Assembly (NCBI GenBank): GCA_051530055.1
Contig: CM121341.1
Span: forward strand, 11,510,784 to 11,574,783
Source: Neoechinorhynchus agilis
Lineage: Eukaryota > Animalia > Acanthocephala
Reading direction: 5' to 3'
Length of the DNA stretch: 64,000 nucleotides
Positions within the stretch are counted from its first letter, which is position 1. Each line of letters begins with the position of its first letter. Below are positions 40,270 through 52,620 of the stretch, one piece after another. The notes beneath the pieces were generated by a model that saw only the letters and a list, made by a program, of their open reading frames with translations, was not told the DNA's origin and ran no database searches. The position numbers and the translations under genes were made by a program.

Positions 40270-40761
40270 ATGACCGATAAGAAGAGGTTACGTAACGAAG
40301 AATGGGACGTAATCTTGGATCGATTACACGCTGTCGCTGCGTGTGAATTTGATCGGAACCGAGCTTTGAATGAGTTGAGGGCGATCGGTCGACCACATCG
40401 AAGAGAAAGCGTCGACATCCGCGGCCCTAAATTTCCCAAGTCTAAACCAAAAACGATACAATGGGACTGGAGAACAAGTCCGGAATCCACACCCATAAAG
40501 CAAAATCCTACTGTTTTCATATTCACTGCGAAAAGTAAGCAGAGCGAAGTTCCTGTTAGCGCAGAGGTTTGTATTCTCCGTAAACTGTATATTTTCATAC
40601 TTAAGCGTCTCGGTTTAAAGGATAAACATCAAGAGAATCTTATAGAAATCGATAAATTACCTCGAATCAAGGCGAAAGAAATCGAGAGTGTTCAAAAAAG
40701 GAGAAAACTGTTTGCATTTGACGGCAAAAAGTTGTGTAGAAAGTTTAAATGCCTTAGGTAA
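40270..40761 (+). CDS. Hypothetical basic protein
   Basis: Open frame from MTDKKRL, with a possible in-frame GT-AG intron near 40567-40606. No family recognised. Confidence 0.4.
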   Translation: MTDKKRLRNEEWDVILDRLHAVAACEFDRNRALNELRAIGRPHRRESVDIRGPKFPKSKPKTIQWDWRTSPESTPIKQNPTVFIFTAKSKQSEVPVSAEVCILRKLYIFILKRLGLKDKHQENLIEIDKLPRIKAKEIESVQKRRKLFAFDGKKLCRKFKCLR

Positions 40762-41329
40762 TACTTAATAAATTGTTTGAATAGTTTGCCTTTTTGGCTA
40801 ATTATAGAAATAATTTAGTAACTGCCGTTTAGTGTGCATTATTGATAATAGCGCATTTTATTGATGAAAAAAGATGAGGTTGTCATGTACCTCTGGGTAA
40901 ACGCAAACATTCGAGTTCTGTTAGGATAAATGAATGTGGCTGTTGATTTTGGAGTGGATTACGGGTCCGGTCGGGTACAAGTTTTTGTCAGTGTGTTTTC
41001 TATTCAATAAAACCTCTCAAAGGTCATCACAATTTATTGAATATAATAGTAACGTTACTAAATAATGGTGATACCACTGGGTCGATGTTCTATAATAGTG
41101 GTCATTCGTATAAAAGAGTTTGAGCACAAGAGCACCGCCGGGGTATTTCCAATAGCTATAAAATGACGCAATATTTAGGACAACCTTTTCGTACTCGTTC
41201 AAACCATCCGATCGTGGCTAATAGTTTCATGCAAGGAACATCATCAAACGATTATTAACTTTGATCAATCGGAATTGTGAATTAATCGCAAAAAGAAAGA
41301 AGGCAAGATATCGGTTGGCTGTGTGCCAA

Positions 41330-41580
41330 AGGAAAAAGTAGAGTAAGGCATGATCTAGACACCTAGTTTTTTAGGAGAGTTTGTGAGGTTGGTTTTTTCT
41401 CAGGTTCATTTCAAGTTATGATATCCGAGGAGATTGGGCAGCATGGAGAAATCAGTGGGGGAAACGGAGGATGAAATGAATTGGGATTACGCGTGCTGTG
41501 CTCGCGTGAAAAGGGATTATGGTAGAGTTAAGAGGCGTTTTGATTGTATAATGAAAACGTTAGAGGTGTTTGGTGAGCGG
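41330..41580 (-). mobile_element. LINE-derived fragment
   Basis: Similar to about 27990-28220 (GTGAGGTTG...CAGGTTCATTTCA...GATATCCGA). Confidence 0.75.
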
Positions 41581-42019
41581 GGAAATTTATAAACAACTTC
41601 TGATGTTTTACACCGTGGGAGAAGTCGCCACCTTTATTTTAAGTTATCAAAAGATTTAAAACACTAACCTATACTATCGCATAAAAAATCGACAAAACAC
41701 AAAAGCTATTATTTAGGTCGCTTGGCGACACCCGAGGGAGATAGCTAAAGACGAACGAAAAGTATTGTGATTAAGCGTCTTTTCATGATCTGCCCTAAGT
41801 GTAAATTTGGATTTGACTTAAACATAGCTGCTATAAAAGTATTATTGCAAACATTTTAAAGTTTCCCAACTTTTTAATGTGGTGAACGTTAAAAATTGAA
41901 AAATCCCCCTAGTTTTGATGGGTTTTCTTCTTTCATCCAAGAGAATTTGCTTCTTTAGTGCCTCTATTTCTTTTGATTTCCTCTTAAAGCAAATCATTGG
42001 AAAAACCACGAAAAGACAA

Positions 42020-42190
42020 GAGGAAAAGTACGCTTCTCCGTATATCGAGACGCTCGGATCGTTTTGCAATTTTCATGAGACTGAGACGAATCACTGACGA
42101 TCCGAGGGTAGGGAACGCTGCATCCTTCCTTTCGGTCATTACACAGGGAAGTGATCCAAAACGTGAGCTTGGATGATTTTCGAACTCTTT
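42020..42190 (+). mobile_element. CRE-clade 3' tip
   Basis: ETLGSFCNF...RITDDPR and GNAASFLSVIT, similar to 44240-44340 and 14900-14950. Confidence 0.65.
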
Positions 42191-42274
42191 TTGTTGAGGA
42201 AAAATAAAGAATCTCACTATTAACGAATGCAGTAAAAAAGGAACATTCATAAAAACCGATACTTTTCTTTTGCA

Positions 42275-43099
42275 TCAAACGTCTGCCATGATGGGTGGTT
42301 CATAATGCCCAGGATGTGCCGATTCGATTCGAACACCTCCTTCGTCTTCTTCATCTCCAACAACCTCAGCAGTCTGACCACCGGCTTCACCATGCATATA
42401 AAGAAGTCGCTTAAGATCGAATTTCGGTTTTTTAATCACCTTAACCTTCCTTATATAAATATCGCGAATCGGTCGTACTTTCCTACACGATGTCTCGATC
42501 TCCTGAGCGATTGTGTCCGGAATGAGTTTAACAACCAAGCCTCTAAGATTAGTTGAGCTAACTTCCCGATTCATAACATCAACCATTCGTCGACGGATAT
42601 TCTTGATCTGTGAATGATTGGCGTAACAGGTCAGCTTTCTTCGATTCTTTTCCTCAGTTGTGAACCCGATCGCAAATAGACGAACAACGTATCCGTCGGT
42701 TGTTCGAGCATCGGAATGTGCTTCAATCATCGTATACCGCTTCCGGATCTTTTGACACAACATGTCACGAGTAATCTCCATTCCATGGAAATTCATCAAA
42801 CAGTTACGTCCTTGTACTTCCTCCACCACAAATCGAAACTTACGGAAAGCCGATTCAGATGCACTCGGATCCAAGTCACCTAAACTTACTTCAACCACGC
42901 GGCCTTTTAAAGCTTCACTAGCGATCTTTGTGCCAGTTGTACGATTAACCAACGTTTTCCCAATAACCCGATTCTTAAACATCGAAGGCACCTTCAAATC
43001 ATACCAATCTTTTCTGGTGAACGGATCCACCACTTTACGCTTTCCACCTTTCCGAACGGTTCCTTTAGACGCTCCCTTTTTACTCTTTCCAACAGCCAT
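42275..43099 (-). CDS. RPS3A: 40S ribosomal protein eS1 (S3a), CDS intronless
   Basis: MAVGK...KVVDPFTRKDWYDLKVP...TGTKIASEALKGRVVEVSLGDL. The true start is 43099; the track ORF start at 43189 reads through a likely 5'UTR intron. Confidence 0.97.
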   Translation of the reverse strand: MAVGKSKKGASKGTVRKGGKRKVVDPFTRKDWYDLKVPSMFKNRVIGKTLVNRTTGTKIASEALKGRVVEVSLGDLDPSASESAFRKFRFVVEEVQGRNCLMNFHGMEITRDMLCQKIRKRYTMIEAHSDARTTDGYVVRLFAIGFTTEEKNRRKLTCYANHSQIKNIRRRMVDVMNREVSSTNLRGLVVKLIPDTIAQEIETSCRKVRPIRDIYIRKVKVIKKPKFDLKRLLYMHGEAGGQTAEVVGDEEDEGGVRIESAHPGHYEPPIMADV

Positions 43100-43239
43100 A
43101 CTGACGATTAAAAAAATGCCGAACGTTGTTGAGAATGCAGTGCACTGAGAATTGGACGCGGAAGAATTCTTTACCCGTGGAAACGTCATCTTTGCGCCAT
43201 AATAACACGTTTATTTCTTATTAGACAAAAAGGGACAAA

Positions 43240-43480
43240 TGTACCATTGAGTCCTCATGAGCACCCGAGTTCTGATTTGTGCTTTGAATGTAGTTGTTGA
43301 TTTTGAAGTGGATTAGGAGAGTTTGTGAGGTTGGGTCTTTACTCAGGTTCATTTCGGTTCATAATATCCGAGAAGATTGGGCAGTATGGAAAAATGTGGG
43401 GGGAAGTTGAGGAAGGATGAAACAAATTGGGGCTACGAGTGTTATGATTATGTGAAATGGGAAAGCGCACGGATTTATTC
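43240..43480 (-). mobile_element. Chimeric repeat: LINE-internal segment joined to a GAACTCGGGTGCTCATGAGGACT tail
   Basis: Body matches 27990-28130. Tail matches 12740-12775 and 55100-55135. Confidence 0.7.
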
Positions 43481-44229
43481 ACCTTAATTGTTGAGTTTCG
43501 CAAATAAACGCAAACTCCGATGTTTTCCTAAGCAAGAGTTTTCGTGTTGATTCACGGACAAGCTATGCCTTCGACATTGAATTGAGGTCAAGCAATTAGC
43601 AAAGCGTTGGACGCAATCATTTAACAAGGAATTTAACAATCGAGCACTCCCCTCGTTTTTTGGATTTAAGTTGCAACAAACTTTAGAAATGTCGAACGAA
43701 AAGCCTAACACTAGATTTCAGGTACTTTAAAGAAGATTGTCCCACAAAATTGTCTTAAAAATGAGCTAACTTTTTGCTAGCTTGTCTAAGCAAATCTACG
43801 AAAAAAACACGGGATTAACCTTTCTTAATACGATCTTACCAGCAAATATCTCTGCTTTCTGATTGTTTTTAGAACGCCTCGTTAACCACTACTCTGATGA
43901 TCTGTAGAGTTGTCCGTAAAATGAAATAGGATTGAACGTACGACCAGGAATTTAGTTTGGCACACTAAACCATGCGAATACTGTAAACTGCAAAATTATT
44001 GTCGTTCAATGGTGTTCTGAGCAAAAATATCCGTGCTCTAATCGTACAAGTCAAAGTTAAGTTGAGAAATCTCTGTTTCTCAGGCGGGTTTCCTCAATGT
44101 TTTTAAGTCTTGCCTTAATAAATAGGCGAGATGTTTGCTTTGAAATCGCACTCTAAGTGGAAGTACGCCTTTTAAGATATCGCAGTTGAATGATACCGTA
44201 ATTCTTTATTTTTGGACAAAAGAATTTTA

Positions 44230-44890
44230 TAAACAACTACGTCACCGCTCTGGATCATTCCATGATGTAATGGTCGAAATGATGGCACCAGGAATGCTCC
44301 TGCCCTCGGATCTTCGGCGATTCGTCTCAGTCTCTTGGACAATTGATTGACCAGGTCCTGCGCCGCAATACCAAACGACCAGACTGTCTCGACGCCAAAG
44401 GGAACGAAATAATGATTTCTACTCAGGTCCCTGTATTTGGTCTTTTTGCGGTCCTCGGCGGCGGTTGCTGCTTCCCCTCCTGTTTAACAGTGGCGAATTT
44501 TATGTTGCTGGCTGCGATTGGGTTCAGCCGGAATACTGTGACACCGTCCGGTCTACGGTGGCCATCGAGACAGCAAAGATTGCTCGGTTCTGGGATGTTG
44601 GGCGCATTCAGAGTATTCAAGGCACGACTAAGAGCATTGCGTTCATTTCGACGTTTCATGAATATCTTCGGCCTGATTGCTGACAGACGAAACCATTGCG
44701 TCCCGCTGGTTCCACAGTCGCTCCGAAACGTCAGTTCTCGAAGTCTCAGGGACACTTCAATCCTTACTGCCCCGTCGGAGAAAAGGGTACCCTCAAAATC
44801 GATTGGGATAGCGTTGAGCCAAGCACCCGATTCTCTTGTGGAGACTGCCGCCAATCAAGTTCAAGCGGCCAGGTGACAAGAATCTGAAAT
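44230..44890 (-). mobile_element. CRE-clade 3' fragment
   Basis: AAVSTRESGAWLNAIP...RRPDGVTVF, paralogous to the 8.3 and 15.0 kb copies. Confidence 0.85.
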
Positions 44891-44981
44891 TTATTATTAA
44901 ATTCAGTTATCGATATTTTTAGAGTTTAATAAAAAACAAGGATTAAATCTTTATCGATCAGTATACCGATCACGTTTTCAG

Positions 44982-45899
44982 ATGCGTCTACCACTACTCA
45001 GACCCTTGTTTTTATCCCTATGCAAGCGGCAAATTCGTGAAAGGACCCAACGTACACAACACGCTAAGCGTCCGAGTGTAGCCAAAGTAAAGGACAAATG
45101 GATTTCGTCGAAGGTCTCGCAAATTCACGCAGAAAAGGATATCGCGAGAACTGTATCGGCCGAGAAACCCGTCGATAATGTGTGGCTCCTAAACGATTTC
45201 CCTCAAACTCCATTGGATTTGAACGAAGCAGTTCGGTCAGTTCGCAAATCAGCCGAATACTTCCGCTTGACGAACTCTTTAATTTGTGCACGATTGGAAT
45301 TGAACATGACAACTGAACGAAAGACAAAGTTTCTGCCGAACATTCGTGGACTCGTCGATTTTCCGGTTGCATTTGAAGACCAACCCGCCAATAACGTTAT
45401 TCTATTTTGTAAACGAGATAATCATATTGAATTAGCTAGGAAATATGGTTGTTACCTTTACGGCCATGAAGATTTGATTAAAATGTTCGTAGCTGGTGAA
45501 ATAATGGATTTCAGTTATGACTACATTCTCTCTACTCCTGATGTTTATGCGGACATTACTAGGCTAAGGAAACGCGTTGGTGCTGATCGATTCCCAACTC
45601 AGGCAAACGGACAACTCGTAATTGATCTTGAAAAGGCTTTAAAAAAGTTCCGACATGGCCACTTCTATGAGTCTTGTAAATTATCTGATGCTTTGGCTAT
45701 CGTTAGAATCAATATCGGTCGAATTAATTTGAGCAACGAAGAAATTATGGAGAATTTTACGACCGCCATAAAGGAGATATTATCCCGGCATAATCCTCCA
45801 AATGGTTCTTTTATCAAATCAGCTCTTCTTGTTAGTCCCCCGACTACAGATAGGTTTTCGGTTGACATTGAACCTTTTGTCAAAGATGATGAAGAATGA
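44982..45899 (+). CDS. MRPL1: Mitochondrial ribosomal protein uL1m, intronless
   Basis: Transit-peptide-like start, PVDNVWL, ELNMTTERK...NIRGLVDFPVAF, RFPTQANG, IGRINLSNEEIMENF, ALLVSPP. Confidence 0.88.
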   Translation: MRLPLLRPLFLSLCKRQIRERTQRTQHAKRPSVAKVKDKWISSKVSQIHAEKDIARTVSAEKPVDNVWLLNDFPQTPLDLNEAVRSVRKSAEYFRLTNSLICARLELNMTTERKTKFLPNIRGLVDFPVAFEDQPANNVILFCKRDNHIELARKYGCYLYGHEDLIKMFVAGEIMDFSYDYILSTPDVYADITRLRKRVGADRFPTQANGQLVIDLEKALKKFRHGHFYESCKLSDALAIVRINIGRINLSNEEIMENFTTAIKEILSRHNPPNGSFIKSALLVSPPTTDRFSVDIEPFVKDDEE

Positions 45900-46304
45900 A
45901 CTCCTGTTTAAAAATGCCTCACTCATCGCCAAGCGTTAATTTATCCACTTTCTCGGCCTTAAATCTGAGCGCAGAACATAATCCCAATTCAAGATTCCTT
46001 TATTATCGACAGAGAAAATCCTTTAGGGTTAATCAAAGTATATACTTTTGGTGAAAATAATCCCCCACTCATAACATAATTGATTTATTTGGGGTTCGAG
46101 CTGATAATTGGTTACTGAACTTCGAGTTTGGCGATCCCGCACTCTCTTAGATGACTGAGGAGGCGAGATTTCCTCGCGTCATCGAGATTATTTTCACCAA
46201 AAGTATATTCCTTTATGTAATATATCATTGTTTTCGGGGTAAATTTGATTGTACGTTGGCGAATCCTGTCCTTGATGTTATCGATAGTCATTTATTTATT
46301 TATT

Positions 46305-46440
46305 TGAGAAATATTTCACAAGGTTTTCCGTGCCGCTTCAGTCTCTATTGCTTGTAAGCACGAGCTTACATATTTAAAAACTTACAAACATTTGCGACTG
46401 AAGAGGCAAGGAAAATCCTGCGAAATATTTCTCAAAAACA
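46305..46440. mobile_element. Head-to-head HHR-pair palindrome related to the 8.9-9.8 kb Penelope end
   Basis: Right arm CTGAAGA-GGCAAGG-aaaat-CCTGC-GAAA-TA-TT; left arm is its inverted copy. A further degenerate motif lies at about 46152-46185. Confidence 0.65.
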
Positions 46441-47763
46441 CAGGGGACAGGAATCGCCAACGTACAATATTATTTTATTATTATGAAATGTTTCGCAAAG
46501 TGTTAGTGGCGTCATCAACAATATCACGTGATTCTTCCGTATTTTGAGTATTTATCATACACTTTTCAATGTACCCGTTTAGAACGCTACATCGAAACGT
46601 CATAACAATGTGAAGATTGAGATTGTTCTCCGCTGTAAAGCTTTTCTTTTGCTCCTTCTTACATTTGTCGACATCCAGGCCAAGTTCTAATATCACGGTG
46701 AGGGATGTTCATTCTACATAAATGCTTAGGCTTTAAATGCAATTTATGACTTGTTGAACCCTGGGCGAACCTTGGTTTCGATTCTTAAAAGCTAGGACTC
46801 TGGTTTTTAATTTCTTTTGTTGTTTTTGAAAGTCAGTTCAGGTTTTTTTTGTGTGCATTTCCTCGCCTTGTTGCTATGAGCGCCTCATTTTTATCACTCT
46901 GATTTTTTATAGCCTAATATTTTCTTTAATGATACGGAAGAATTTACTGTTTGTGTCGATTTATGAATTGTCTATTTTTGGGCTTTTACGATTGTATCGT
47001 TTGAACGCCGAACTTGCCCTTTGTTTTTATACAAGCGTTTTCTAGGTCATATGACAGAAATGGGTTTTTCCGACAAAAAAGGTTGATAAAAAAAGCAACA
47101 AATCGCAAACGTTCAAATTGCACCCAAATTCTACGAAACAGCAATTTGTTTTAATCGATTACAAACACTTAAAGAAAAGTTCGAAGATCCCCTGCGAAAT
47201 TTGCGCTTTTACATTTGAGTTCATTCGAGTCGCACATTGTTCAAAAAAATTAACTTGCAATCGTCTCTCGCTCTCCACACCATAAGCTTGCGAAACAATT
47301 ATATTCATTGCTTTATAATGAAAATTCAGAGAAAATGTTGTATAAAGCTCTCGCGCGCGCAATTCGTCAAATGTTAGCGGAAAAACGAGGAAACATCAAT
47401 AAAGTTGATTTACATTGCTGCGAATTTTGTCCGAATTTGCGCTCGCGATGATTATTTTTTTCTTCAAAAGCACATTCGCTTCGCACGAGCTTCGTCGTCG
47501 AATGGCACGCACTATCAAATAAATTGTTTATTAATTTTGACGTCATCAATTTATTATCGTCTCCCTTTTATTAAATTGAAAAAAAAGAAATATTCGTTTT
47601 TTTCTTAATAATTGATTTTTTTCTCAAATCAATCAATTATTATGATTCACTATAAAAAAGTTAGAATGATGAAATCAGTGTTTATTTTGAGCGAACGCCA
47701 CACCCACAAGGCATTGCAGCAGCTTCTCTCATATCCATTTCACCTTCGAGATTCAGACTCGTA

Positions 47764-50507
47764 ATGTCATCCGGTCCGTCAGACAGTCATCAACCCGATA
47801 CCAGGAATATGATGTACGAATACACATCGCTTAGCGTAAGCGATGAATTACACCACCCGCCGCAAGCCACGGCCAGTGGTCAAGACGAAGAAGACGATGA
47901 TCGGTATAGGCCATCGACCGGTGCCACATACAGTTCGTCGTCGCCACCGCCGCCGCAACCACCGCAACCACCACCACAGCCACCGCTTACCGGTGACGAT
48001 GTGGTGGATTCATTGCACTCGCGATCTTGTGATGGTTCATGGCAAGATCAAGGGGCCGCATCTTCCACAATGCCAAGATACCGACCTTATCCTCAAGGCG
48101 GAGCCGCTCCTCATATTCCAAGTCGTATTCTGTTTATTCGAATCGAAAATGACCTTTATCCGGTTCCCGTTGACACCATTCGTCAAATCTGCTCGCCATT
48201 CGGTCTAGTTCTGCGAATTCGCCTCATACATAAAAATCCATCGAGTCCTCCAATCGCACTTGTCGAATTCGATTCGATTGCATCGAGCACCGACGCAATG
48301 AACAGTCTTCAAGGAGCCGACATCTACGCAGGATGTTGTACTCTCAGAATCGAATACTCACAAACTCCCCAAGTAAAAGTGAGAAATGGAGATCCAGATT
48401 GTTATGAGGCAAGAGAAGTGAGGGAACGACCACCTCAAAGACAAGGATTACTTCCAACTCCGACTACAATGCCACCAAGGAAACCCTCATCTCCCATTCA
48501 GGACGAACGTGGTGCATTTCCACCGCCGCCACAATTACCTCATCATCATCACCAGCAGCAGCATCTAACTGATCAGAATGAACAATTTGATCGTAGATAC
48601 GATCTGCATCCATCGCATATGTCGTACAGACATCCTTTCCCGCCTCCACCTCCACAAGGAGGACGGTATCATTCACAACACGAACGCGATACTTTGACAG
48701 ATCTCAATCGAAGAGTTTAGGTGTAAAATGTTGCGTTTTTCCACACAAATTTTCTATTGGTCCTTTTTCTTCTTTAATACTAGTTTATTGATTCGGGGAG
48801 GGAAAGATGCTTCCTTTTTCCCCAATATTTCACATCGGATAATTCCGAATAAATCAGTAAACCTAAATCCGGGGTTACAAAACTAAAAAAGAAAGTAGTT
48901 TATTGATGTTTAAGATGTTCACAGATTTATTTGTGTGTGTGCGCAATTACCACCGGCCTTTCAGTTACAAGATAAAAAGAGCCTAAATGCTTCACATAGG
49001 AATTCCTGTGAACTGTGGTTTTTTCGATGAATGATGTCGATATTTTTTTTAGAAAAACCTTAAACAATCAATTCAAGTTGAATCGCATAGACTCTCGCTC
49101 TTTTATAATCTAATGGAAACCAGAATTCGTACCATTTTCTTCTTTTTCTTCAATGCGTTCGTTAATTATTTTCTTTTTCGTAAAGCCTATAAGATTGAGA
49201 CCTGTAGAACTAGACCGTCTCCCACACCTCGGGGGATCCGATCATACGAAGAAGACCGCAATGGGGTTGGACGACGATATACAAGAAGTTCACGATACGA
49301 GGATCCCGCTTACGACAGCCCGCCGGTAGTAAGCCATCACGTGAACCGACGGGAGCCAATGGGTCCACACACGGTTCTATTGCTCAATAACCTGAACAAC
49401 GAGCACATGACATGCAAAAGACTGTTCAATTTGTTCTGTCTCTATGGGAATGTGTATGGTGTGAAGTTTCTCGCTTCGAGGGCGGGTTGCGCGATGGTTG
49501 AAATCGACAACATTGATCTAGTATCGAAATTCATGCGACCAATAAGCAACACCTTCATTTTTGGTCAGCGAATTAGTGTAGCCTACAGTAGACAAGAAGT
49601 CGTAGAGCCTGTTCATAAAACGTTCACCATGTCCGACGGATCACCCTCGTACTTTGATTTCTCAACTGATCGATCAAACAGGTACCAGAATGAACATAGC
49701 GCTTCGAAAAATAGACCAGTGCCGCCTACCAAAACGCTCTACTACTATAATATGCCACCGGATACAAACGAAAATGACGTGTTCAAAGTCTTTGACGACG
49801 CAGGAGCAAAACGACCTATTAGACTGAAACAGTTTCCTCCTCGAGTTCGCGATCATTCCTCACAGAAACCAATGCCACTTAGTGGACTTGCAGAATGGGA
49901 GAACATTGATGACGCCACTACTTCTCTTGTCCTAGCAAATAATACTCCCGTCTCAAGTCCGCAGAGCACGTGGCCGTACGTGTTCAAGTTAGCGTTTTCC
50001 ACTTCAACCATCATTGGTCCAGGGGTTTCGAGTGATGTAGAACCGCTTAGTAGTCGTATACAAGATGGTCCGCAGGAATCCAGGAAGCGGTCTTATCGAG
50101 AGGAAAGTGAAGAAGATCAATATGAACAGCCTAAACGACCAATGTACTCACGGAGACGTGAAAATGACCACCATAGGTCAGGAGGTCATTTGGCCGGTGG
50201 TGGCAGTAGTGGTGGTGGATCGTACAGGTTCATGAGGGGTGATACTTATAGAGGCATGGGTGGAGGTGGTATTAGAAGGGGTCATGGGCATAATGGAGGA
50301 CGAGATATAGAACGGTTTAGGTCTTCTGACGACCCAAGAGCCGTTGATCAGTATGGACTATTTCAAAGTGATTATACAGACCCTATGAATTCTGCCGATT
50401 ACTATGATCAAGGTAATGATGAGCTGGATGCTTATCCAATTGCAGGTGATGATCAAGTCGAAGATAAGGAAAGACGTCAGGATGATGATATGGAAGATGA
50501 TCATTAG
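47764..50507 (+). CDS. HNRNPL: hnRNP L/smooth-like RNA-binding protein, 2 exons, three RRMs
   Basis: RRM2 ...LQGADIYAGCCTLRIEYS, RRM3 ...RLFNLFCLYGNV, RRM4 PPTKTLYYYNMPP. One intron at about 48715-49195 with an ambiguous junction. Confidence 0.9.
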
Positions 50508-50999
50508 TTAGCAAAGATTGACTTTATGGTCAATTAATTTTGTGTGATTGTGAAAGATTCGTTCCTACGATGTGGTCCACCAAAAACATACTAGTACATT
50601 TCTAGCGAGCGAAAGATGGACTTTGGTTGGGTTTTAGGCCTCGCGATTTACAAATTTCTGTTCACAGCCACATAGGACTTTGTGGTCCCTTTACCGCTGT
50701 GGTTGCTAGACAGGTCGTTTAGAAATCCTGAACATTAGTAGGCTAAAGGGCTCTGGTGGAAGTCTTCAACGGTGATCCAGAAACAGCGTACCGCTGCAAA
50801 AATCCTCACATTATCGTCTCAACTTCTAGTTTTTCTGTGCACCATGTGGATTTCCGAACAAGATTTTGTTGGATAATGCGATCGGATCTCAGTACCACTC
50901 GTGGGGGGGGAAGGCTTAGGTTCCTCACTCCCTGTTCTTTTATGAATTGCAAGCAATATAATAATTTAAAGTGGACTAACCTTTAACTCAGGAACACTT

Positions 51000-52620
51000 T
51001 TTTGTAAATTCTTTTCACCGGAATCTTCGGTATGAAAAGCAGCGTGAGGTTGAAGATGCATCCTGCTTAAGAGAACCTATCAATTTCGCAACCGTTCTCT
51101 TACGTTATCTACGATTTACTGTCCACCCTTTTGTTCAGCACTGAATTACTCACCAATTAGAAAGACAATTGGATACCAAGGACAAGCGGTGAATGTTTCA
51201 ATGAAGCGTGAGAAATAACACTAAACGATCTCCGACAAACTGAGGTTTCATTCGTCCTGGTAATTTTTACATGTTTGCTGATCAAGATTTGAACGATTAA
51301 TATACTTCCAATCCTTATAGGTACAAGCGGTCCACCATCGTGATCAATTCGGAATCCTTCCATATCATGTGCCTATAAGGTATCCTGGACTTCAATTTGT
51401 GTAGACAGCGTTTGGTACATTTGCGTTCTTCGAAATCTGAATGTTACGGATCTCAAAATGGTGCTGTTGGGTGCCTAAGAAGCGAATTGATCCGTTCCGT
51501 ATTACACAGACTAACAAGGCTCTTTCAGATTGCCAATAATATTAAACTCCTTAAAACCAAAGTGGAGAAATGACTGATGAAGCTTGTCCACGATATACTA
51601 CCAAACCGTTGGCGCCAGCAACGAATGGATACGAACTAGTTTTATTTTTATGGGGTTTCGTTGTGTTTCAATCGAAGCAAACGTTAATGGCGAAGGATCA
51701 ATTTCTTAAATATGCACGTTTTTGTGTTTTCTTAAGAAACTGAAAATCGTTTGTACATTTGTTTACTAACAAAATAACAAGGTTTTTTTGCATTTTGCTC
51801 CACACCGCTCTTCTTAGTAATAAATTTTTATTTTGTCTAAATTCCCGGTTCACCATGCAATAGATTTTATGGTATCCGGTCAATATTTCTGCTAATAACA
51901 ACGCTATCACAATACAAAGACACTGTCCACCATGGATCGGCGATGGCATCCATTGAACATGTCAGTTTCGTTTCCTTTTTAAGATAATAAATTCCGGCAC
52001 AGACATATAACCAATCATCGGGAAAATCTTTTATCGCATTTTCATTTATGACGTTCGTGATTTGACCAATTTGATCAAAACAATTTTGAAACACGATGTT
52101 CTGTCTTCTATCGGATAGTTTTATTTTCCACCAAACCTTACATGGACCGGGCTGAAGAACACATGAACATTCATATCGTAAATCAATGATTGTTAAGACC
52201 CGTTTCGACTTGTGGTATTAAAAATCATTTCCATTTTAAATGATATACGCTTGTCTGAGGAACATCTTTGATTTTAACGTCGTTAAGATCACACACGGAA
52301 TCATGCTCAAGTCTCTCGGAACTCGTTAAGGAAGTATTGGAAACGCTTACGCTAATCGTTGCAATCTCAATCGATTTACTTAAGTCCTGGTATTTGTTTC
52401 TTAGACTTAACGCAATATTTTGTCGTTTCTCTGACGTTTCTTCGAACAAACTTTTATCGATTGATTGAACGGCATAACGTCCGAACTCACGGCAAATTCG
52501 CTCATGCCAATATTCGGGTTGATCGATCATTTTATAAACTAATGGACAACTTTTGGCAAAATTAATCACATCAATGATGTCCGTTCTTTTTTTAACAATG
52601 ACTGAATTAAAATAACCCTA
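51000..52620 (-). CDS. Multi-exon gene with an N-terminal F-box-like segment
   Basis: DIIDVINFAKSCPLVYKMIDQPEYWHERIC fits F-box helices 2-3. Downstream GT-AG exons are readable but unassigned. Confidence 0.4.

Noticed and set aside
43100-43189. N-terminal extension of RPS3A suggested by the ORF track
   Set aside because: The conserved MAVGK start is at 43099; upstream sequence has donor and acceptor signals of a UTR intron.
49113-49185. Separate 464-aa gene starting at 49113
   Set aside because: The start lies in a T-rich intron end; the RRMs continue those of the upstream exon.
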